This document shows positions 55,699 to 63,085 of a stretch of 64,000 nucleotides of DNA, in pieces; position 1 is the stretch's first letter, and each line of letters begins with the position of its first letter. Source of the stretch: a virus (taxonomy: Duplodnaviria > Caudoviricetes). The DNA is taken from positions 6,406 to 70,405 of IMG/VR virus record IMGVR_UViG_3300012983_000046, one strand, 5' to 3'. The notes beneath the pieces are model-generated. The model was given only the letters and a program-made list of their open reading frames with translations, searched no databases and was not told where the DNA came from. A program made the translations under genes and the position numbers.

Positions 55699-56292
55699 GT
55701 GGGTTTTACTAAAAATTACTATATTCTAAGAATGATGGATATGGGTCTAAATATTGATTTAAAGGCACTGACCCAAAATCAAAACTGGGATTTAAGTGAA
55801 TGTAGTTTACGAAAAACTGATGGTACTCTCCAATATACTGCATCGGGCTACGCCAACTCTTTTAGCTATCTTAGTGGTAGTTTTAACTATATTGATGCTT
55901 GGAGCCCATTCAGAGCATGGCGTAATAGTAGTGGTCATACTTGGAGCAGAAACGCTATACAAGTGGGCACCAATGATACAGCAGAGTCTGTAGATGACTA
56001 TAAAATAAATACATTTAATACACAAATATATAAATATGAAACTTCATCATATATTTTGACAGAAGACAAAACTGGTATAAATAATACCATAACTTTATTA
56101 TTATTAAATACTTCAGGTACCACTCAAAATGTACGAGAATTAGGTATAGTTTATAATGGTAATCTGCTTATTTATCGTAAGGTACTACCACGAGCACTGA
56201 CAGTGCCTGCTAATGGTTACTTTAAAGTAAGCTTTTCTTATACAGTGCCTATCTCACAAAATTTGCTACCGATAGCAGAGGAGGATAATTAA
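55699..56292 (+). CDS. Tail-collar fibre N-terminal-like protein (paralogue 2)
   Basis: VGTNDTAESVDDYKI...NVRELGIV...LLIYRKVLPRALTVPANGYF. Confidence 0.6.
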   Translation: MGFTKNYYILRMMDMGLNIDLKALTQNQNWDLSECSLRKTDGTLQYTASGYANSFSYLSGSFNYIDAWSPFRAWRNSSGHTWSRNAIQVGTNDTAESVDDYKINTFNTQIYKYETSSYILTEDKTGINNTITLLLLNTSGTTQNVRELGIVYNGNLLIYRKVLPRALTVPANGYFKVSFSYTVPISQNLLPIAEEDN

Positions 56293-56871
56293 ATGGGTTT
56301 TACTAGAAATTATGATATGTTACGTATGCTTAGTATGGGACTTGATACTGACTTGTATAAATTTGAAAGCACTTTTGACTTTAAACCTTGGTTTTTAAAA
56401 AAGACAAATGGTGAACTCGTTTATAGCTATACTTCTCACGCCTACAGTTATAATGGTGGTTCTCCAGTAAGTACAATAAGTCCTTTTAGGGATTGGAGAA
56501 CTGCTACTACAGTAAGCTGTGGACGTTGCAGCTTAGTTGTTGGTACTGATAATACGCCTGAAACTTATGATGATTATAAAATTTCAACTTTTACTTGCAA
56601 TACTTTTCTAGCTAATAGTAATATAGATGCTAACGGCTCTTTTGCCTATCATCCTGAGAATAAACATATTAGTAATACGATCACCGTGAGTTTTTTTAAT
56701 AGCTCTGGCACGACTCAAACAGTTAACGAAATCGGTGTATTAATGTGTAATGAATTACTTATTTATAGAAAAGTTTTAGAGACACCTTTAACTGTACCGC
56801 CAGATGGCTACTTTAAGGTTTCTTTTAATTACTCTGTACCAGTACCAGAAGTATTCATAAATAAAGGTTAA
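56293..56871 (+). CDS. Tail-collar fibre N-terminal-like protein (paralogue 3)
   Basis: Tandem paralogue of 55699: VGTDNTPETYDDYKI...TVNEIGVL...LLIYRKVLETPLTVPPDGYF. Confidence 0.6.
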   Translation: MGFTRNYDMLRMLSMGLDTDLYKFESTFDFKPWFLKKTNGELVYSYTSHAYSYNGGSPVSTISPFRDWRTATTVSCGRCSLVVGTDNTPETYDDYKISTFTCNTFLANSNIDANGSFAYHPENKHISNTITVSFFNSSGTTQTVNEIGVLMCNELLIYRKVLETPLTVPPDGYFKVSFNYSVPVPEVFINKG

Positions 56872-56892
56872 TTAAAACAAGGAGAAAGGCTA

Positions 56893-57831
56893 ATGACTGA
56901 TAATAAAATTTTATTTTCAATTCCAGGTTTTAACAAAAACTATGAACTAAATTTAATTTTTCTTAATCTATTTAATAAAGAGCGTAATAAATTTTATAAT
57001 GATATTGTAATAGATTCTGTATTTGATTCTTTTGCTGCACCTTGGGCAGGAGGAAGACCTCATGAAAAGTATGTACCTGCAGGAAGCATGTTTGCTAGTA
57101 TGATGAATTTTAATATGTTAGGAGTATCTATTAGACACACTTTCAACAATATGTGTATAGATAAAACACATTTGGGTGATATAACAGGTAATGCTATTTT
57201 AAAGATAACTTCAGAGCTGGATACTGAAATTCAAAATGGCTGTACGGTAAATTCACCTGAACTCTTTAATTATATAAAAGAAAATTATCCTAATCTTTAT
57301 TGCGTATGGAGTACAACTAAGGAAATAAGTGACATAGATACTATAAATAAATTATCTGAAAATAATTTATTAGTTTTATCTTATACTTTTAATAATGACT
57401 TTGAAAAACTTTCACAGTTAAAGCACCCCGAAAATATTGAAATTTTGTGTTCAGAAGAAGGTTGTATAGAGAACTGTCCACAACGAAACAACCATCAATT
57501 AATTACTTCAAAACTTAATATGCTTGACTTGAGTGCTCATAATATCTGTTTAAGCTGTCCTTCAAGAACCGATAGACCTACTTATTATTATACACACGTA
57601 TCTAATAGAGGTTATTATATTACAATAGATGATATAAGAGAAAAATACTTACCCCTCGGTTTTAATAAATTTAAAATAAGCGGTAGAAGTGGTGAAGATA
57701 TTAGTATAATAAATACGATAGAAAATTATGTATTGTATTTTGTAAAACCTGAGTTTAAAGATGAAATAAGAAATAAATTATTAATTGACTATTATACAGC
57801 TATTAATAATAAATCAGCTTTAATATTTTAA
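56893..57831 (+). CDS. Peptidase-U32-like (probable Fe-S, TIM-barrel) protein
   Basis: PWAGGR, Cys cluster LCSEEGCIENCP...CLSCP, C-terminal LGFNKFKISGR signature. Confidence 0.6.
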   Translation: MTDNKILFSIPGFNKNYELNLIFLNLFNKERNKFYNDIVIDSVFDSFAAPWAGGRPHEKYVPAGSMFASMMNFNMLGVSIRHTFNNMCIDKTHLGDITGNAILKITSELDTEIQNGCTVNSPELFNYIKENYPNLYCVWSTTKEISDIDTINKLSENNLLVLSYTFNNDFEKLSQLKHPENIEILCSEEGCIENCPQRNNHQLITSKLNMLDLSAHNICLSCPSRTDRPTYYYTHVSNRGYYITIDDIREKYLPLGFNKFKISGRSGEDISIINTIENYVLYFVKPEFKDEIRNKLLIDYYTAINNKSALIF

Positions 57832-57838
57832 ATTTAAT

Positions 57839-57848
57839 TGCTAAATTA
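57839..57848 (+). promoter_or_regulatory. Putative late promoter TGCTAAATTA (copy 10)
   Basis: Intergenic upstream of 57881. Confidence 0.7.
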
Positions 57849-57880
57849 TTTAGTAAATAAATTAAAGGAGTCCGATTATT

Positions 57881-58183
57881 ATGGCAGAAATATCAGCAAT
57901 AGATATAATCAATAAGCTTAAAAAAGGTAGTAATAATGTTTTAATTAATAAACTCTCTACTGAAATTATTCAGCTTAAAGCTGAGCTTGCAAGCATTGAT
58001 TATAAAACAATTAAAAATACTCAGTATGAAAGATTAAAGAAAGAACTTCCTTATTCCTGGGAAGAACTTTATGCTGAGTCTGAGAACTATCGTATACAAA
58101 TTCGTCAAAAAGAAGCTGAGATTGAAAATCTTTTGCAATTAAATAAAAATTTAGAGGGCGAACAAGAGAATAGTCAAGAATGA
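57881..58183 (+). CDS. Small coiled-coil tail-fibre-associated protein
   Basis: IIQLKAELASIDYKTIK...LPYSWEELYAESENYRIQI motif typical of fibre-associated small proteins. Confidence 0.65.
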   Translation: MAEISAIDIINKLKKGSNNVLINKLSTEIIQLKAELASIDYKTIKNTQYERLKKELPYSWEELYAESENYRIQIRQKEAEIENLLQLNKNLEGEQENSQE

Positions 58184-58185
58184 TT

Positions 58186-58223
58186 TAAAAGCGAACTTGT
58201 AAATATTTACAAGTTCGCTTTTA
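58186..58223 (+). terminator. Perfect 38-bp palindrome/terminator ending the structural region
   Basis: taaaagcgaacttgtaaatatttacaagttcgctttta. Confidence 0.85.
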
Positions 58224-58242
58224 TTTTATCTAAAGTCACACT

Positions 58243-58254
58243 GTATTATAAAAT
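58243..58254 (+). promoter_or_regulatory. Possible host-type -10 region (GTATTATAAAAT)
   Basis: After terminator, ahead of small-gene cluster; resembles GTATAAT boxes at 59799 and 62514. Confidence 0.35.
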
Positions 58255-58274
58255 AAAACTTAAAGGATAACGCT

Positions 58275-58493
58275 ATGGAATATATTTTTGTTTTAGAAGT
58301 TGAATTAAAAGGTAATATTTTCACTTTTGAACGCAAGTTTTATTTTAGTACTTTTGAATCTGCTGTTAAAGGATTTGATCAACTACAAGAAACTGACCCT
58401 AGCGTAGAATTAATCGGTGTCGGTAAAGCAGAAGTAAATAGCTTTAATACTGATTATACTGAATATTACACTGCAAAAGAAATCTTAAAGTGA
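58275..58493 (+). CDS. Hypothetical protein
   Basis: 72 aa, RBS aagga. Confidence 0.7.
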   Translation: MEYIFVLEVELKGNIFTFERKFYFSTFESAVKGFDQLQETDPSVELIGVGKAEVNSFNTDYTEYYTAKEILK

Positions 58494-58506
58494 GGAGGTT
58501 ATTAAA

Positions 58507-58860
58507 ATGAATTCTATTTCAAGTAAAGTAGTATTTAAAGATGCTTTTGGCGAATTTAAAAATACCTACGAAAAAGATAAAATTCTTCTTGACCTTGAAA
58601 AAAGGCAGAACCGGAAAGAACTTGATAATAATTTTAAACAAATTGATGAACAATTTAAAAATCTCTCTGCGGATATACAACAAACAAATCAGATAATAAA
58701 GTATGTTTGTGTTCAAAGAACGTCTATAGATTGTCAGGAAATTAAGTCAATTATTAATTTAGGTGATATAACTATCACATCAAAAAAGAAGTTTTCTAGA
58801 TTTTCTAAGTGGCTTTGGAAAAAACTTTTTGGCTGGGGAATACAAGATTATCAAAAATAA
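58507..58860 (+). CDS. Hypothetical protein
   Basis: 117 aa, RBS ggagg. Confidence 0.7.
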   Translation: MNSISSKVVFKDAFGEFKNTYEKDKILLDLEKRQNRKELDNNFKQIDEQFKNLSADIQQTNQIIKYVCVQRTSIDCQEIKSIINLGDITITSKKKFSRFSKWLWKKLFGWGIQDYQK

Positions 58861-58883
58861 TACTTTCGGGAGGTAAAATACTT

Positions 58884-59213
58884 ATGGCAAAAATTATCAA
58901 AGATACTAAACAAGTACGAAATTATGATGAGGATCCAAGATGTGGCGGTCAGTACAGTATTAAAACTGTTTATATTTATTCTTGTGGTAAGTGTAAAAAA
59001 GAACTTACTTCATTTCCTTCTTATTTCTGTCCTCACTGTGGAGAACCTCTTAAAGGAATTCAAGATGAAGTTGAAAAACGACATAAAAAAGCAATAAAGC
59101 CTTATAAAAAAGCTTATGATGTAATCTATAACTTTAGAGAAACTTTAAAAGAAGATAGTCTTGAATATGAATATTTGACAGAAACGCTAAAAGAGATCTA
59201 TAAAAATATGTAA
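58884..59213 (+). CDS. Zinc-ribbon protein
   Basis: YSCGKCKKELTSFPSYFCPHCGEPL; ATG 58884 has ggagg RBS (ORF track starts 58809). Confidence 0.75.
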   Translation: MAKIIKDTKQVRNYDEDPRCGGQYSIKTVYIYSCGKCKKELTSFPSYFCPHCGEPLKGIQDEVEKRHKKAIKPYKKAYDVIYNFRETLKEDSLEYEYLTETLKEIYKNM

Positions 59214-59233
59214 TAGATTAGGAGGTATATTTT

Positions 59234-59491
59234 ATGTTTCTTTATAACCCTATCGGTAAGTCTTTAAGACAGATTCATCAAGATTGTGGTAGTAACTTCC
59301 AAGGATATTCTATTTTTGTATTACAAAATAATGAGGATACTGTAGGAAAATTTCTTGAAGAAGATTTTTCTATTGGTTTAATTTTAAAAAAATTCCCTCA
59401 GTATGCTGATAGTATAGTTAAATACGAAAATGATTTTTTCGGTACTACCGTGCTTAGAATTGAAAATTCTGTTAAAATTAGCGTTTGTTAA
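59234..59491 (+). CDS. Hypothetical protein
   Basis: 85 aa, RBS ggagg. Confidence 0.7.
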   Translation: MFLYNPIGKSLRQIHQDCGSNFQGYSIFVLQNNEDTVGKFLEEDFSIGLILKKFPQYADSIVKYENDFFGTTVLRIENSVKISVC

Positions 59492-59525
59492 TTTGTCTAA
59501 GTTTAAAAATGGAGGTTACTTAAAA

Positions 59526-59741
59526 ATGCTGAGAATAAATGGCGTTACTATTCTTAGAACTATTCTTTTCCGAAAAGATAATGATAGTAAAGCAGAGATT
59601 ACTGAAGTTCAATATGAAATTGAAATTGATGATACTGCTTTATTTAATGAAGTCTATGATAAATTTATTATACTTGAAAGACGGGATGACCATATTTTCC
59701 TTGTGATAGAGCGAAATCCCTCTAATAAAATATATTTTTAA
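59526..59741 (+). CDS. Hypothetical protein; TM-less paralogue of 63086/63470
   Basis: ATG 59526 with ggagg; NGVTILRTI...EVQYEIEIDDTALFNEVYDKFII. Confidence 0.7.
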   Translation: MLRINGVTILRTILFRKDNDSKAEITEVQYEIEIDDTALFNEVYDKFIILERRDDHIFLVIERNPSNKIYF

Positions 59742-59768
59742 GATGTGCTTAAGCACATCTTTTTTTTA
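59740..59768 (+). terminator. Perfect 22-bp palindrome plus T-tract
   Basis: aagatgtgcttaagcacatctt then ttttttt. Confidence 0.85.
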
Positions 59769-59798
59769 TTAAAATGTAAATTCAAGGAAAGTTGTACT

Positions 59799-59805
59799 GT
59801 ATAAT
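59799..59805 (+). promoter_or_regulatory. Possible sigma70/SigA-type -10 box (GTATAAT)
   Basis: After terminator, ~30 nt upstream of 59838. Confidence 0.45.
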
Positions 59806-59837
59806 TAAAATATAAATAAGTTTTTGGAGGATTTAAT

Positions 59838-60380
59838 ATGAGCAAAAAATACTGTATTTATAAGAAACCTTGGGGAGATATTGAAGCTTGGGAATACATT
59901 GATGACCTTGATGAAGCAATGTCTTATTGGTATGTCAAGATGGCAATTGATAAATATGGGGTAGAAGATACTATGCCTATCTGTATGAATAAATGTGGAG
60001 GCTATCATACTATCATTAAGGAAGAATGCATTGGCATAATTGAAGCTGATACTTGGCCTACACTGTCTTCTCACTATGATATATTTAAAGTTAAGATTAA
60101 TAACCCTAAGTTTAATTATGGCTGGATAGACAACTTAGGAAATACTTATCTATGTTCTTATATGGAGCATGCTGCAATAGCAAGTGATTTAGTCAGACTT
60201 CATTATCCAGCTGAGTACTCAAAAAGTAATTTAGTTGAGAATAAGATTAATGCACCTGATGAGTTTCTTTTAGAAAAAGGTTGGATTAAAGTTTTTACAG
60301 GAAATCCTAACTCAGTTTACTATGATAGGTTTGTTACTGATGAAGCTCTTAAAAAACTTCTCGAAATAACCAAAAACTAA
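59838..60380 (+). CDS. Hypothetical protein
   Basis: 180 aa; C-terminal GWIDNLG...C...H...LEKGWIKV motif; RBS ggagg. Confidence 0.75.
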   Translation: MSKKYCIYKKPWGDIEAWEYIDDLDEAMSYWYVKMAIDKYGVEDTMPICMNKCGGYHTIIKEECIGIIEADTWPTLSSHYDIFKVKINNPKFNYGWIDNLGNTYLCSYMEHAAIASDLVRLHYPAEYSKSNLVENKINAPDEFLLEKGWIKVFTGNPNSVYYDRFVTDEALKKLLEITKN

Positions 60381-60400
60381 TATCTTATGGAGGTAGTAAA

Positions 60401-60607
60401 ATGTTTTATAAAATTACTTTTGAAGTAGATACTGGTGTTAGCTATGAAGAAGATGTGGCCCTTGTATTTGCTCACGGCTTTGATGAGGCTAAAGAAAAAC
60501 TTAACAAATTTATTAATGCAATAGACAGTGAAACCTGTATCCATGAGTTTATTAAAGTAGAACCTTTTGAAGGTGACATTTTTACAGGACGTCACGGTTG
60601 TATTTAA
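60401..60607 (+). CDS. Hypothetical protein
   Basis: 68 aa, RBS ggagg. Confidence 0.7.
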   Translation: MFYKITFEVDTGVSYEEDVALVFAHGFDEAKEKLNKFINAIDSETCIHEFIKVEPFEGDIFTGRHGCI

Positions 60608-60625
60608 AGAAGGTGTGAATTAAAA

Positions 60626-60898
60626 ATGTTTAAATGTAAACATAAATACATGTTAACCTTTAGAAAAACATATCATTATAAAGACTTTGGTTCTTGGACT
60701 GAAATACGTGATTCAGTCTTATTAGCAACACTCTTAAAACTACAACAAAAGTATGATTTTAAGATTGTTCGAACAAAATTTAAAGACAGTTTTGGTGATA
60801 GTTATATTATTATAAAATGCGATAAAAAAGATAAATGTGCTATTTTTTCAGCATACTGTTTAGCTTTAAGTGGTGAGATTACAGATATTTCTTATTAA
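60626..60898 (+). CDS. Hypothetical protein
   Basis: 90 aa, RBS gaaggtg. Confidence 0.65.
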   Translation: MFKCKHKYMLTFRKTYHYKDFGSWTEIRDSVLLATLLKLQQKYDFKIVRTKFKDSFGDSYIIIKCDKKDKCAIFSAYCLALSGEITDISY

Positions 60899-60913
60899 AC
60901 GGGAGGTTAAAAT

Positions 60914-61615
60914 ATGTCTAATTATGATGATAATATGATTACTTTTTTAGAAGGTTATTTATTTGCGTCAGAAGGTAAGAGCCCTTCTAAAGCTATTGAG
61001 ATGCAGGAAAAAAGAGGTCAACAGGCTGTTATAAGAAATCAGCGACTTCCTAAAAAAGTAAATGACCATTCTGTACCTGATGACATCCGATGGAATGGTG
61101 TAAAAGACTCTATGGAATACGAAGAACGTAGAGAAATAGTTACTCAGAATAACATTAATTATACAAGACAGCAATATGAAAAAATGGGTATTGTTATTAT
61201 CGATGAATATGATGATTTATTCTGGAACGTAAAACTTCCAGAAGGCTGGGAAATTAAAGCGACGGACCACAGTATGTGGAATAATTTGTTTGATGATAAA
61301 GGTAGACTCAGAGCTGATTTCTTTTATAAAGCAGCTTTCTATGATAGAGATGCTTTTACTAACTTTAGTACAAGATTTCATTTAGATGTAAGTCACACTG
61401 CTCCTGCAGATTCTGATTATGAAATATGGTCAGCTTCTGACTTTCAAGGAACTATTAAAGATCAGGAAGAAATTATCTTTTGTACGGAATGTACACCAGC
61501 TACCGGTAATGTTTTAGTAGATAGTAATATTAAAAACTCTTTGTTAAAACAGTTAGAAGAGTTTATGAAGGAGCATTATCCAAACTATAAAGATATAAAT
61601 TCATATTGGGATTAA
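60914..61615 (+). CDS. Hypothetical phage protein
   Basis: 233 aa; LPEGWEIKATDHSMW...DDKGRLRADFFYKAAFYD; RBS ggagg. Confidence 0.75.
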   Translation: MSNYDDNMITFLEGYLFASEGKSPSKAIEMQEKRGQQAVIRNQRLPKKVNDHSVPDDIRWNGVKDSMEYEERREIVTQNNINYTRQQYEKMGIVIIDEYDDLFWNVKLPEGWEIKATDHSMWNNLFDDKGRLRADFFYKAAFYDRDAFTNFSTRFHLDVSHTAPADSDYEIWSASDFQGTIKDQEEIIFCTECTPATGNVLVDSNIKNSLLKQLEEFMKEHYPNYKDINSYWD

Positions 61616-61620
61616 CTTTT

Positions 61621-61654
61621 AAAGAACTTAGATAGACTATCTAAGTTCTTTTTA
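61621..61654 (+). terminator. Terminator, 15-bp arms with 1-nt centre
   Basis: aaagaacttagatag-a-ctatctaagttcttt. Confidence 0.85.
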
Positions 61655-61657
61655 TTT

Positions 61658-61667
61658 TGCTAAATTA
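61658..61667 (+). promoter_or_regulatory. Putative late promoter TGCTAAATTA (copy 11)
   Basis: Only copy outside the structural region; precedes ART-fold gene. Confidence 0.7.
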
Positions 61668-61697
61668 TATAAATAGCCTATTGAAAGGAAAGCAAAA

Positions 61698-62438
61698 ATG
61701 ATACCGGAAAAATTATATCACGCTACTTACAAACAGTTTTTAAAGTCTATACAACAAAAGGGTTTAGGTAATACAAAAAGAAAAATGTGGACGGACTCTG
61801 TTAGAGGAGTAGTTTACCTAGCTAATGACCCTTGGGTAGCAGAAAGTTATGCTGAAGAATCTGAGTGGGTAGATGAAAGAGATGACCCAGACGCTTATCT
61901 AGAAAATATTATTATTCTTGAAATAGATACTACTAAGTTAGATGCATCTAAATTTGAAGTTGATAAAAATGTTATTCTCGAGCCCGATGAGGAAAACTCA
62001 ACTTGGGAATATCACGGAATTATACCTTGGGAAGCCTGTACAATTTTTAATGCAAAATTACAAGAATGGAAATTAACTAATAATTCAGTAACAATTAATG
62101 AAGACTTTACAGAAAACTTTAAAAAACTAGTTAATCATTTAAAAACTATATTCGGTTGCAGTGTTGTAGAGCTGGAAGCTCAAGAGTTACTTGCACGTCT
62201 CGCTTTTGGTTATCATAGACAAGTACTTCACATTAGGTATTTACCTGATAAAAAATGTTTTATTGTACACATAGAAGATGAAATGTCTAAACAAGTACTT
62301 TTAGATACTACTTGGTATGGTGGCTGGGATGAGGTCTTAACAAATCTTTTAGTACAAGGTTATATTAAAGATAAAAAATTGTGCGAAACTTTGTCAACTA
62401 TTGATGAATTTAAACTGTATAAAAATTTATGGGATTAA
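61698..62438 (+). CDS. ADP-ribosyltransferase-fold protein (Tpt1/KptA NAD-binding-lobe-like) plus unknown C-terminal domain
   Basis: PEKLYHATYKQFLKSIQQKGL...VVYLANDPWVAESY...IILEIDT...WEYHGIIP. Confidence 0.65.
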   Translation: MIPEKLYHATYKQFLKSIQQKGLGNTKRKMWTDSVRGVVYLANDPWVAESYAEESEWVDERDDPDAYLENIIILEIDTTKLDASKFEVDKNVILEPDEENSTWEYHGIIPWEACTIFNAKLQEWKLTNNSVTINEDFTENFKKLVNHLKTIFGCSVVELEAQELLARLAFGYHRQVLHIRYLPDKKCFIVHIEDEMSKQVLLDTTWYGGWDEVLTNLLVQGYIKDKKLCETLSTIDEFKLYKNLWD

Positions 62439-62448
62439 TAAATAATTT

Positions 62449-62488
62449 AAAGAGCTTAAAGATTTTCTTTAAGCTCTTTTCTTTTTTT
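62449..62488 (+). terminator. Rho-independent terminator
   Basis: aaagagcttaaaga-ttt-tctttaagctcttt plus T-tract. Confidence 0.8.
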
Positions 62489-62513
62489 ACTAAAATTTAG
62501 TTTAAAGGCTATC

Positions 62514-62520
62514 GTATAAT
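62514..62520 (+). promoter_or_regulatory. Possible sigma70/SigA-type -10 box (GTATAAT)
   Basis: After terminator, ~28 nt upstream of 62549. Confidence 0.45.
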
Positions 62521-62548
62521 AAAATAAAAATTAGTGGAGGCTTTAATT

Positions 62549-62848
62549 ATGTTTGAAAACTTATTTAAAAAAGAAAAGGTTACTTTATGCCGATATAAAC
62601 CCGTCTTTATTACAATAGATAATAAAATTCATGAAGGCAAAACTTCTGACTGGGTTATTGTTCAAAAGGTAAGAACCCCTGTTCCTGACTACCTTATGTT
62701 AGATGTAAAAGAAGACGGCTACATAAAAGATGAATTAGGGGATATGTATATTCTTTCTAATATAATTTGTATCACCTGGAAAAAGGTTGAACAGAAAAAA
62801 GTTGAAGATACTTTTAGAGAGTTTCAAATAAGAGTCAAAGCTGACTAG
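62549..62848 (+). CDS. Hypothetical protein
   Basis: ATG 62549 with ggagg RBS (ORF track starts at GTG 62534). Confidence 0.7.
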   Translation: MFENLFKKEKVTLCRYKPVFITIDNKIHEGKTSDWVIVQKVRTPVPDYLMLDVKEDGYIKDELGDMYILSNIICITWKKVEQKKVEDTFREFQIRVKAD

Positions 62849-62867
62849 TAAAACTGGAGGTTATATT

Positions 62868-63068
62868 ATGAAATTTAGAATTATAGAATATCTCGACAAT
62901 TTCAAAGCACAGGTTGGTGAAGACATCTGGACTGGCAAATTGTGGGACACTAGGTGGAAAGATATAGGATTGCCTGAAGGCTATTCAGATGTTCAAAGTG
63001 CTAAACAAGCTTGTGTAGCATATAAGGCTGAGAAGAATCCTACTATAGTAGAAGAATTCATATTATAA
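62868..63068 (+). CDS. Hypothetical protein
   Basis: 66 aa, RBS ggagg. Confidence 0.7.
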   Translation: MKFRIIEYLDNFKAQVGEDIWTGKLWDTRWKDIGLPEGYSDVQSAKQACVAYKAEKNPTIVEEFIL

Positions 63069-63085
63069 AAAGAGGGTATGTTAAA

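Noticed and set aside
787-55993. Alternative-frame + strand ORFs inside genes (787, 2520, 3216, 7173, 7388, 15596, 21648, 30785, 36988, 38003, 43781, 55796)
   Set aside because: Shadows of biased codon usage (Met/Leu/Lys-rich, no motifs, no RBS), fully overlapping well-supported genes.
128-61174. Minus-strand ORFs in the track (e.g. 128-406, 2530-2817, 13493-13759, 13823-14107, 24887-25255)
   Set aside because: They overlap strong + strand genes, are Ser-rich mirror images of acidic codon runs or otherwise featureless, and have no RBS or promoter support.
61698-62438. Calling this gene a true Tpt1/KptA RNA 2'-phosphotransferase
   Set aside because: The N-terminal RNA-binding lobe and the Arg/His catalytic residues are not evident; only the NAD-binding fold is supported.
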